From IMG/VR virus record IMGVR_UViG_2541047954_000008: a DNA stretch of 34,146 nt. One strand, written 5' to 3'. The notes beneath the pieces were generated by a model that was not told the origin of the DNA, made no database searches, and saw only the letters and a program-made list of their open reading frames with translations. This stretch comes from a virus. Lineage: Duplodnaviria; Heunggongvirae; Uroviricota; Caudoviricetes. A program made the translations under genes and the position numbers. Numbering within the stretch: position 1 is the first letter of the stretch; every line of letters starts with the position of its first letter. Positions 19,142 through 26,885 of this stretch are shown here, one piece after another.

Positions 19142-19831
19142 TCAATCTACTTTTGCAACACTTTGCTTTGAAAATGCCGCCTTTTGTATTGAACGTATTC
19201 TCATTACAAACAATAAAGCCTCACTATCCAGTCGGTGAAAAATGTGTTTCATTGCAACCCAGTGACGAGTAAATGTTTTGGACCAGTTTTTAGTTGTCAC
19301 TCCCGCCAGTAATGCCAGCTCCTGGTATTCATAACCTTCCCCACCAAAAAGTTCTGCTTTTACTGCCTGCGCCGCCAGCCAGATTAATTTTTTCAGGCGT
19401 TCCTGCGTTTTCCCTGCAATTTTTCTGGTACCGGATTGAGTATTAAATTCATTCCACGCCCACTGTGTTATCGCGATCTGATATTCCCAACAAATACTCC
19501 CGCTGTAACACCACAACAACCAGGCTTTATGATGTTCTTCAAGAGACAGAACAGCCCGCCGCCACGATGATGTCGAAAACTCAACCGGACTGACCAGAGG
19601 AATTGACGTCCCCTTCGCCAGCGATTGCTTTCCCGGGATTGGTGGATTATCCCGCGTTATCATTTTTCCAGTCACTTCATCGCGGTACCGGATTTTTTTT
19701 CGCCTGTAACGCCCTGTATCGAACATGGCATTCTCTTGCCAGGCTTCAAGCTGACCTTTTGTTGCCCCACTCAAATCAGCGGTGGCGATAATGAGCTGCT
19801 CACGCACAAACTGTAAATACTGGTTATTCAT
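19142..19831 (-). CDS. Putative late-gene antiterminator (Q-like)
   Basis: ATG 19831-19829 overlaps RusA stop (ATGA), GGAG upstream; position between RusA and a terminator preceding the lysis genes. Call by synteny. Confidence 0.55.
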   Translation of the reverse strand: MNNQYLQFVREQLIIATADLSGATKGQLEAWQENAMFDTGRYRRKKIRYRDEVTGKMITRDNPPIPGKQSLAKGTSIPLVSPVEFSTSSWRRAVLSLEEHHKAWLLWCYSGSICWEYQIAITQWAWNEFNTQSGTRKIAGKTQERLKKLIWLAAQAVKAELFGGEGYEYQELALLAGVTTKNWSKTFTRHWVAMKHIFHRLDSEALLFVMRIRSIQKAAFSKQSVAKVD

Positions 19832-20193
19832 GCGCACTCCAGTTCTGTGATTTTTATCCCCAGCCGCCCACCAGGAACGAGCTGACCGCGCACAATATTG
19901 ATTTCATCAAACTGCTCGTCGTCTATAAGTAGTCCGGCATGCGTCAGCGCATCCAGTGGTGCCTTCAGGATATTGTCCAGGTCGCGGCGGCGCTTATCCG
20001 GTGGCTCTGCAATAATCTTTATCGCCAGCCTTCCGGACAGGCTTAATTTCAGCCGCTGCTGGCGAACAATTAGCGCCACATCACGGCGATAACGCTTTCC
20101 AGCTTCCGAGATGAAATACGTATTGCCATGACGTCGCCAGTAGGTATTCACCGTCGGCGGGTAAGGCAAAACAAATTCTATGCGTTCAGTCAT
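19828..20193 (-). CDS. rusA: RusA-family Holliday junction resolvase
   Basis: 121 aa; motifs YPPTVNTYWR and DKRRRDLDNILKAPLDAL recalled as RusA-like. Confidence 0.8.
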   Translation of the reverse strand: MTERIEFVLPYPPTVNTYWRRHGNTYFISEAGKRYRRDVALIVRQQRLKLSLSGRLAIKIIAEPPDKRRRDLDNILKAPLDALTHAGLLIDDEQFDEINIVRGQLVPGGRLGIKITELECA

Positions 20194-21249
20194 TCATGCT
20201 TTCCACTTCAGGACACCCGAATTTCTCGCGTGCATTAAAAAACGAATCAGCAACAACAGCTGGCTGCCGTGTTTTTCTTCAAAATCTTTTACCCCGGCGT
20301 GCAGTTCGTTATGACATTTACGGCACAGCGGAATAACAAACAAATCATCAGCCTTTGTTCCCATCCCTCCCAGTCCATGACCAATGATGTGATGCGGATC
20401 ATCTGCCTGATTACCGCACGTCATGCATTTCTGCGTTTTTACCCAACGCGTGTATACAGGCATCTCTTCCCGTTGTGGTTTCTGGCGCTGGAGATACTGA
20501 GCCGGTGACTCCGGATCAACGGCAATGCTGACCACCGTCTTTTCCTGTGGCGGGTTTTGCTGGTGGGCGTGAGGCAGCGGCGCAAGATTTTTTGTGCGCT
20601 GCTTCAGTATGCTGGTGGCGGTCTGCTCTCCCGGTACGATGTCGCTTTCACGGTACATTGAGCGGATTTTTTCCGCACGCAACCCCAGCGAACGACGTAA
20701 TACCGCTTCCGGTAGCGCGTCCGCCACCTGATTGCGGACCGCCCACCAGGATAATTCAGCCAAAGATAATTCACGCTCCTGCGTACCGCTTATTGCGTGA
20801 CCGATGACGTCAATCATCCATGCTGACAGGTTTTGATGAGCAAGTTGCTCGAGTGATTCGGATGTCTGGTCACGCAGCTGGTTGTCGCAGTGCCAGCACA
20901 ACACCATTGCGCCGGTACCATAACGGTGAATGACGGTTTCGCTGTGATGATAATCGCCGTGTGGCCACTGGCAGGATTTAATATGGCGCAACAGCCAGTC
21001 AGACAATGCACCAGCACCACCAGCAGCACGAATCACCCGTGCGTTACTGAAAAACGGCAGCAATGTTTTGTCTTCCACCAGCGGCTGGCGAACGGCAGGA
21101 ACGACCCCGGACGGCAGATTACGCATGCTTTTCGGTTCCGGCTCCACCAATACCCGGGTATTGTGGAATACCGGCATGGATTCACGGCCCGGCTTAACGA
21201 TCACCAGCCCGAGTTCCGGTACCAGAACAGGTCGAAGTAATACCCGCAC
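20194..21249 (-). CDS. DUF968-type protein with C-terminal HNH-like motif (YdfU-like)
   Basis: 351 aa, GTG start with GGAGG upstream; C-terminal CMTCGN...HHIIGHG...CRKCHNELH. Confidence 0.65.
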   Translation of the reverse strand: MRVLLRPVLVPELGLVIVKPGRESMPVFHNTRVLVEPEPKSMRNLPSGVVPAVRQPLVEDKTLLPFFSNARVIRAAGGAGALSDWLLRHIKSCQWPHGDYHHSETVIHRYGTGAMVLCWHCDNQLRDQTSESLEQLAHQNLSAWMIDVIGHAISGTQERELSLAELSWWAVRNQVADALPEAVLRRSLGLRAEKIRSMYRESDIVPGEQTATSILKQRTKNLAPLPHAHQQNPPQEKTVVSIAVDPESPAQYLQRQKPQREEMPVYTRWVKTQKCMTCGNQADDPHHIIGHGLGGMGTKADDLFVIPLCRKCHNELHAGVKDFEEKHGSQLLLLIRFLMHARNSGVLKWKA

Positions 21250-21250
21250 G

Positions 21251-21529
21251 TTACCTCCAGATGCGTTGCTGGAATGTGCGAGACGGACGCGGTGGGCGTT
21301 CAGAGTAAGGAAGCCTGACGGAGATTATCCAGTGACGATAATCGAGGCTGAGGGCTTTCTTAATCTCGTATCCGTGTCTGCGGTAGCACTGAATTAGCCA
21401 CTCGGCCTGTTCTTCAGTGCATGGGTCATGCTGGAACCAGTCAGATTTGAAAGTGCGGGAACGCCGCCCGTGCCTGCTGGCAAAGACGGCAGAATCATCA
21501 GAATTGTGTAATTTGGTATCGTGCGCCAT
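21251..21529 (-). CDS. Hypothetical protein
   Basis: Track ORF 21251..21610 begins on TTG; first ATG at 21529 (MAHDTKLH) taken as start; weak SD. Confidence 0.4.
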   Translation of the reverse strand: MAHDTKLHNSDDSAVFASRHGRRSRTFKSDWFQHDPCTEEQAEWLIQCYRRHGYEIKKALSLDYRHWIISVRLPYSERPPRPSRTFQQRIWR

Positions 21530-21612
21530 CGGTTGTCTCTGCTGGCGCAGCAGGTGCCAGTTGTTCAGGCTGGCGTGCGAATTGTAAACCAGAATGCCAG
21601 GAAAAAACAAAA

Positions 21613-21626
21613 CCCGCCGAAGCGGG
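21613..21626 (-). terminator. Intrinsic terminator downstream of lipoprotein gene
   Basis: cccgc-cgaa-gcggg stem-loop followed on the coding strand by TTTTGTTTTTT. Confidence 0.45.
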
Positions 21627-21825
21627 TATGCTAAAACGAACTGAAAGTAATATACCGGACTTGTAAAGGAACGATAGAATAATTATTGGATTAAACCCTG
21701 ACTCAATCCAGATTTCATAGGCAACAACTACGGACTAATCATCACAGTCATGTTTGATAGGCTTAGTCCACATTGGGTGAGGGTTTACGGCGTTTTCACT
21801 AATAATTTATCGTCCAAGCTATACA

Positions 21826-22218
21826 CTACTGCCCTGTTTTAACGAAGTTTTTAAAGGAAACAACTGCCTGATAGGGGTTTGGTTGACAGCCAAACATATT
21901 ATCGCAAAAAGGCTTGATGAAAATTCTTGAGGATCCATCTTCATTTGGCATTTTACTCACTTGATAAGCGAGGAATGGACTATTTGGAGAGGGATTATAA
22001 GTGGAAATTAGCGTGTCTGTCGCCGTTTGAATTTTCCATGAGGAATTATTAGCCAACCAGAATTGCGCTCGTTTCCAATAAAAGTCACATTGCTTTTCAT
22101 CATTACATGTTAGTGGCTTCATTGCTTCTGCTTTCAACGCTGGATCGACCTTTGCTGCACACCCTCCCAACATTACTGTTGCAATCATTACACCTGCGAC
22201 TAAAACAAGTTTCTTCAT
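21826..22218 (-). CDS. AT-rich cargo gene: secreted lipoprotein, function unknown
   Basis: 130 aa; signal peptide MKKLVLVAGVMIATVMLGGC with lipobox Cys; AT-rich; terminator-like hairpins on both sides. Confidence 0.65.
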   Translation of the reverse strand: MKKLVLVAGVMIATVMLGGCAAKVDPALKAEAMKPLTCNDEKQCDFYWKRAQFWLANNSSWKIQTATDTLISTYNPSPNSPFLAYQVSKMPNEDGSSRIFIKPFCDNMFGCQPNPYQAVVSFKNFVKTGQ

Positions 22219-22361
22219 CTCCCTGCCCCATCAATAAAAGTTCGGTTCTCTAATAACTAGAGTTAATCAACGGAAAAAACGCCGAAGCGGGTTAAGTGTG
22301 GGTGCATTGAGGATGCCTGACTCATCAGAGGTGGCGAGGGATTTCTCCCCCGCCAGGTCTC

Positions 22362-22517
22362 TTACTCCTCAGGTTCGTAAGCTGTGAAGACAGCGACCTC
22401 CGTCTGGCCGGTTCGGATTCGTACCTCGCAGAGGTCTTTCCTCGTTACCAGTGCCGTCACTATGACGGTTAAACAGATGACGATCAGGGCGATTAGCATC
22501 GCCTTTTGCTGCTTCAT
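22362..22517 (-). CDS. hok: Hok/Gef-family type I toxin (51 aa)
   Basis: MKQQKAMLIALIVICLTVIVTALVTRKDLCEVRIRTGQTEVAVFTAYEPEE, recalled as HokD/RelF-like; AGGAGAAG 8 nt upstream; in-frame upstream ATG at 22574 gives a 70-codon ORF. Confidence 0.85.
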   Translation of the reverse strand: MKQQKAMLIALIVICLTVIVTALVTRKDLCEVRIRTGQTEVAVFTAYEPEE

Positions 22518-22728
22518 AGCCTGCTTCTCCTTGCCTTTCGGCACGTAAGAGGCTAACCTACATGTGTTCAGCATGGATTGAGCCTCAGATTAATGTTAAG
22601 CGTCTTGCGGGACGCGTAATGTTAACTGGGGCTTTTCTCTATCTGCCGTTGGTGTTCATGCCCGAGGCAGATAGCCTCAAGCACCCGCAGCAATTCTACT
22701 TAACTCACGTCACCTCGCCAATATAAAA

Positions 22729-22818
22729 TCAATCAGAGAGGTGATTCATAAGAACGATAACAAGACAATAAATTGCCATTACTGCCGCAATAGCCAGCGC
22801 ACATTTCAGAACCAGCAC
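22729..22818 (-). CDS. Candidate 29-aa hydrophobic peptide upstream of hok
   Basis: GTG 22818-22816 with GGGAGG 5 nt upstream; translation (M)LVLKCALAIAAVMAIYCLVIVLMNHLSD; flanked by a 13-bp direct repeat. Below the track size cut-off. Confidence 0.25.
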   Translation of the reverse strand: MLVLKCALAIAAVMAIYCLVIVLMNHLSD

Positions 22819-22946
22819 GATGACCTCCCATATTTGACGTACACACGCATGATTCAATATGTAGCAACCTATTTCTTGCTTCAATATAAAATCAGGTATT
22901 GTTGTACAACTATTTAACTAACTCCCTATCCCCACATCTCAGGCGC

Positions 22947-23063
22947 TCAACGTCTGTGTGCGGGGCGTTTTTTAATACCTTCCCCCCAGCGGCAAATCGA
23001 ATACACCACCAGCGCCACCGCCATTGCAATTCCTACCGTTGTGAATGCTTCAGGCCAGGTCAT
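22947..23063 (-). CDS. Candidate 38-aa single-TM peptide coupled to the 171-aa gene
   Basis: ATG 23063-23061 overlaps upstream stop (ATGA); MTWPEAFTTVGIAMAVALVVYSICRWGEGIKKRPAHRR. Confidence 0.3.
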   Translation of the reverse strand: MTWPEAFTTVGIAMAVALVVYSICRWGEGIKKRPAHRR

Positions 23064-23575
23064 CGCAAAACATCCTCCGCGCTTATCAGTTCGTTCCGCT
23101 TCAGGTAGTCCATCGCCTTCTCCGGTAATTTGCAGTCTGGATTAGCTTTTTTCAGTTGACTGACCAGTCGTTTAACCCACATTGTTAATTCGCCAACTTG
23201 GTTACTGGATGCTAATGGATTGTCGGCTTTACCCAGAATGACAGCACAGCAGGCCTCTTTGAGAACCCAATCAACAGCATCTTTCCATACTCCTGTTTCG
23301 ACTGGTGGATTCTCACGCTTTACCTGTTCATAAAAGCGCACGGCTTTAACCAGTCCTTCTGATATCACCGGGGCTGGCGGGGTAGTGAATAAGGCCTGAA
23401 TCTCATAGCTCGGCCTGTCGTTGCAATCCTCTTTTGTCGGTACATATTTCCAGTCACCAACCCACATCTTCTCCTGAAAGTCCGTAACGCCCTTTTTCAC
23501 ATAGCGATATCGCCATGCAACTGGTTTTTCCTGCCCTACCGTTTCATGCCCTTCCTGATAATTAATCTCGCTCAT
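23060..23575 (-). CDS. Hypothetical protein (171 aa)
   Basis: Clean ORF, start overlaps upstream stop (ATGA); no recognisable motif. Confidence 0.6.
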   Translation of the reverse strand: MSEINYQEGHETVGQEKPVAWRYRYVKKGVTDFQEKMWVGDWKYVPTKEDCNDRPSYEIQALFTTPPAPVISEGLVKAVRFYEQVKRENPPVETGVWKDAVDWVLKEACCAVILGKADNPLASSNQVGELTMWVKRLVSQLKKANPDCKLPEKAMDYLKRNELISAEDVLR

Positions 23576-23748
23576 TCATCGCCCCACTCATCACAATATG
23601 CTTCGACAGGTGTTTTTCCTGCTTCGTAGTCATCACGCCAGGCTTCAGCATCAGCAGCACTTCCACCACGTAACTCTGCATAATCCATTAACAGTTCATG
23701 CCATTCTTCAAAACTGACATTGTATTTAGTTGAACCAAAATCAGCCAT
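23572..23748 (-). CDS. Small acidic protein (58 aa)
   Basis: ATG 23748-23746 with GGAGGA 8 nt upstream; MADFGSTKYNVSFEEWHELLMDYAELRGG...DEWGDE; below track cut-off. Confidence 0.5.
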   Translation of the reverse strand: MADFGSTKYNVSFEEWHELLMDYAELRGGSAADAEAWRDDYEAGKTPVEAYCDEWGDE

Positions 23749-23923
23749 TTTGTTCTTCCTCCTCGTCTTTTATTTCGTGATATGAGTAATTGCAGTAGTT
23801 AAAGAAAATTTCTTTTGCTTCGTCATGAATTTCATCTGGTGTTGCGTCATCGTCCACTTCGAATACATCCTCAAAATCTCCACCAGCTATTCCTGTTTCA
23901 ATAATTATTTTGAACTTTCGCAT
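23741..23923 (-). CDS. Small acidic protein (60 aa)
   Basis: Track ORF; Asp/Glu-rich (FEDVFEVDDDATPDEIHDEAKE...KDEEEEQNG); hairpin and palindromes upstream. Confidence 0.5.
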   Translation of the reverse strand: MRKFKIIIETGIAGGDFEDVFEVDDDATPDEIHDEAKEIFFNYCNYSYHEIKDEEEEQNG

Positions 23924-24067
23924 TTCACTACCGCCCTTTCGGGCGGCCTCCTGATGATTTGAGGGTACAGAAATCCCTCCGGTTAAGGATTAAATTTTAT
24001 TTACAGAACTGAATTTAATTATTCAGATATACGTATCTGTAACCTTACGAACCTACTCACTGGATGC

Positions 24068-24541
24068 CTATTTCATAAAAATAATCCAGTGGGTTTTATC
24101 GTTTTTTCCTGTTCGTTGACCGATAACAGGTTTTCTGTCGGTCAGTATCAATATCTGGCGAACAGGTATTTGCGTTTCATTCCATTTAAAAATCAGAACG
24201 CCGGATGGACGCAACACACGAAAGGCTTCTTTAAATCCCTGCCGCAAATCATCACGCCAGGTATCTTTATTCAGCCGTCCATATTTCTTTCCCATCCAGG
24301 CGTTATCACCAACACGCTCAAGATGCGGAGGGTCGAATATAACCATCGAAAAAGATGCGTCTGCAAATGGTAGTGCACGAAAATCAGCTATCAGATCAGG
24401 ACTGATAATCAGGCGTCGTCCATCACACAATGTGTGCTCTTCCTTTCTGATATCGCTAAATATCGCCCGGTCGTCATTCTTATCGAACCAGAACATGCGA
24501 CTGCCACAGCACATATCAAGAATGGTTGCCGGTGCACTCAC
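24068..24541 (-). CDS. Orphan DNA methyltransferase (DPPH motif)
   Basis: 157 aa; LDMCCGSRMF (motif I-like) then IFDPPH (motif IV-like); GTG start with GGAGG upstream overlapping upstream stop; no restriction partner seen. Confidence 0.65.
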   Translation of the reverse strand: MSAPATILDMCCGSRMFWFDKNDDRAIFSDIRKEEHTLCDGRRLIISPDLIADFRALPFADASFSMVIFDPPHLERVGDNAWMGKKYGRLNKDTWRDDLRQGFKEAFRVLRPSGVLIFKWNETQIPVRQILILTDRKPVIGQRTGKNDKTHWIIFMK

Positions 24542-24960
24542 TGCGCTACCTCCGGAAAATTACCCTGATAGAAAGCCAGTACACGCTGCATAGCTTCGCT
24601 CTTCCGGCACTCGCGACAGATTATATTCAGACGCCCGTCATATCGGCGTATTTCTCCGTCTGGTAATGACCAGATAAGGTCAGGATCAACCACAACCGTT
24701 TTTTTCACCTTTGCCCTGGATAGTTTTTTGCGGGCGTTTTGCCAGTCCTTACGGGCCTGTTCAGACGGAAATAACCCGTAACCAGAGTTGTATACATCGC
24801 CACTGGCAACCAGCTCTCTGGCCAGAACGCTCATCAGATATCTTGTTGCCCCAGTTTTAGCTTCCAGTTGTCGTAACGTCTCGCGCCCACTCTGGCGTAC
24901 GAGTTCAAGAACCTGCCCTTTAATTTTTTCCCGCTCTTCTTGTGTAAAAACTTTTGCCAC
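24538..24960 (-). CDS. Hypothetical protein (140 aa), possible DNA-binding
   Basis: GTG start with AGGAGGG upstream; HTH-like TLRQLEAKTGATRYLMSVLAREL; follows replication gene. Confidence 0.55.
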   Translation of the reverse strand: MAKVFTQEEREKIKGQVLELVRQSGRETLRQLEAKTGATRYLMSVLARELVASGDVYNSGYGLFPSEQARKDWQNARKKLSRAKVKKTVVVDPDLIWSLPDGEIRRYDGRLNIICRECRKSEAMQRVLAFYQGNFPEVAQ

Positions 24961-25000
24961 AAGCCCTCCTGAAAATTACCTCATGACCAGAAATTAACAC

Positions 25001-26071
25001 TTACCCCCTGAAGCCCGGCGGAATTTCGTTATCCGGTTCAGAAATATGATTCACACAACGCTGGTTGTTCGTGCCGCTTACCGGGAGCAACCAGGGGTTC
25101 TCAAAATTCCGGTCCGGTCCAAAAAACGTCGTCGCTCGCTGAACAAATTCCGTTCCCGTTTTCCCGGTAGCCGCCAAGTATCTTGCGTAACGCCTCACGC
25201 CATCCAGCATGGCCTCTGGTGGCACCCCCTCGCGTAATCTGGCCTTCCAGGCACTGAAAGCGGATTTCTTCGGGTTTGCTCCGGCACGCAACGGGTACTC
25301 CCGCCAGACCTGTTCGAACACATCCGGATAATCCACTCGTCCCACAGACTGCCCGGTGTTTTCCGGGACTACCCGATCGGCTTCCCGCTGAATGGCGGAA
25401 TCGGCTTCAGGCTGCTGCAGTTGGTGTGATTGCTCCGGCCTTGCGGTCATCACCTGCTGCACAGCGCCCGAATCGGCTTTCAGCGCATACGCTGAATCGG
25501 CTTCCGGTGTCGTGCCTGCTGGCTGACCAAGATTGACGGTCTGAACATCCCCTGCCTGGTTCGTGGCGTTTTTTACGCCATGGACCATAGTGTTTTGATC
25601 TTCTTGATCTGTATCTTTATCTGTATCTTTATCTGTCGTGACTCGTCGTGACATGTGCGTGACATTTCGTGACGCGCCGTGACAATCGCCATTTTGTTCC
25701 CGCTTTCTTTCCCTCTCTCGCTGCGCCCTCTTGCGCTCTGCAGGAGATTTTGCGGTTTGCGAAATATTGCCGTTGTCCTCTTTAAGCACCTGGCGTTTTT
25801 CCCATCCAGTGATTAAATCACCATCAAGTACCCGCCCCTGCATCGTCTGCAAAATTGAATCAATTACCTCTTCTGTCACGTCGAGCGCACTTGCCAAATC
25901 TTCTGTCGTGACATCAATGTGACCTCGCGTGACATTTCGTGACGCGCTCACCAGGAGGTGGATATACACTGCCATCACTGTTGCAATTGGCTGCCCTGAC
26001 ACCCTGGCAATTGTTCGCCACTTAGGGTCATTTGGCATGTCATGCCATAATCTGAGCCAAGCGTTAGCCAT
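25001..26071 (-). CDS. Replication initiator (O-like) containing the origin iterons
   Basis: ATG 26071-26069 with GAGGTGAG upstream; two CGTGAC iteron clusters plus an AT-rich tandem repeat inside the gene, as in lambda O/ori. Confidence 0.6.
   Translation of the reverse strand: MANAWLRLWHDMPNDPKWRTIARVSGQPIATVMAVYIHLLVSASRNVTRGHIDVTTEDLASALDVTEEVIDSILQTMQGRVLDGDLITGWEKRQVLKEDNGNISQTAKSPAERKRAQRERERKREQNGDCHGASRNVTHMSRRVTTDKDTDKDTDQEDQNTMVHGVKNATNQAGDVQTVNLGQPAGTTPEADSAYALKADSGAVQQVMTARPEQSHQLQQPEADSAIQREADRVVPENTGQSVGRVDYPDVFEQVWREYPLRAGANPKKSAFSAWKARLREGVPPEAMLDGVRRYARYLAATGKTGTEFVQRATTFFGPDRNFENPWLLPVSGTNNQRCVNHISEPDNEIPPGFRG
25637..25683. repeat. Iteron cluster A: five CGTGAC cores at 10-11 bp spacing, next to tandem atctgtatcttt repeats (25608-25634)
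   Basis: Read directly: gtcgtgac tcgtcgtgac atgtgcgtgac atttcgtgac gcgccgtgac. Confidence 0.6.
25905..25943. repeat. Iteron cluster B: four (C)GTGAC cores at about 10 bp spacing
   Basis: Read directly; cgtgacatttcgtgacgcgc is shared exactly with cluster A. Confidence 0.55.
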
Positions 26072-26142
26072 ACTCACCTCTTCTGATACCGAATCTTTTT
26101 ACTCACGAGTTGCCGGAAGCGATTCGATATGGCTATTGTCAG

Positions 26143-26568
26143 TCAATGTACTGCCACAGCATTTCCTGCCGGGCCACCACGGTTCATCTGATTGAAACCG
26201 GCGATTGCCACTGCGACAAAATCATCAGCGTCTCTCACCAATCGCTCCCGCGTCTCCACCAGCTCCCGAAAATAAGCTGAACTGTGGCTGCGCATTCTGG
26301 CCACCAGCAAAGGTGGCATTGCCTTTTCGATCGCTGGTAACAACGCCTGAATTTTTTCAACTGCATCAGGGGTGTCTTTCTCTACCCAGCGGAAAATTTT
26401 CTGGGTATTGCGAGCCAGGGCTTCCGGATGGCTGTCGTCATACAGTTCAGGAAACGTCATACCCAACTCAAAATAAGCCTGGGTTATTCCAGCTGCTGGA
26501 ACTTTTTCGCCATCAGGACGCGCCCAGGCATTCATCGCCATGCGGATGTGTTCATGCTTGATTTTCAT
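26143..26568 (-). CDS. YdaT-like early protein
   Basis: ATG 26568-26566 (MKIKHEHI) with AAGGGGGGA upstream; position between cro-like and O-like as in Rac ydaS-ydaT-ydaU (recalled). Confidence 0.5.
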   Translation of the reverse strand: MKIKHEHIRMAMNAWARPDGEKVPAAGITQAYFELGMTFPELYDDSHPEALARNTQKIFRWVEKDTPDAVEKIQALLPAIEKAMPPLLVARMRSHSSAYFRELVETRERLVRDADDFVAVAIAGFNQMNRGGPAGNAVAVH

Positions 26569-26794
26569 GAATCCCCCCTTGGTTAGAAGGCGGATTATGA
26601 TCAGAACCGGGAATGACAACCGTCGGTATGTGTAACTCATATTTGAGCGCCCCGGCAGTGACTGCCTGAATTAGCAACGCCCATTTCCACGGAACCTCTT
26701 CCCCCCACATGCTGACTGTGGTTTTTGACGTTCCTAGAGCTGCGGCTGTTTTAACAACTCCGCCAAAATAGCCTAATACTTCTGATTTTTTCAT
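26552..26794 (-). CDS. Cro-like HTH regulator
   Basis: 80 aa from ATG 26794-26792 (GGAG upstream); HTH-like VVKTAAALGTSKTTVSMW; divergent from cI-like gene. Confidence 0.7.
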   Translation of the reverse strand: MKKSEVLGYFGGVVKTAAALGTSKTTVSMWGEEVPWKWALLIQAVTAGALKYELHIPTVVIPGSDHNPPSNQGGIHENQA

Positions 26795-26885
26795 GAGTCG
26801 CTCCATAAAACTGAACGCCAAAAGTTTAATAATCAAAACCAAAGAAAGTCAAGAAACAAAACCATCTGTGTTTTAAAATCAAAAC
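26795..26885. promoter_or_regulatory. Divergent immunity control region with two operator-like inverted repeats
   Basis: O1 agtttaataatcaaaacc 26823-26840; O2 tgttttaaaatcaaaaca 26869-26886 abutting the cI ATG; TTGACT -35 on the cro strand. Confidence 0.5.

Noticed and set aside
22572-22574. Calling the in-frame 70-codon extension of hok a mok gene
   Set aside because: I cannot confirm from memory whether canonical mok is in the hok frame, so only the existence of the upstream ATG is reported.
25600-25945. Possible CRISPR array at the clustered short repeats
   Set aside because: Repeats are 6-bp cores at helical spacing inside a replication gene with no uniform spacers and no cas genes; they fit origin iterons.
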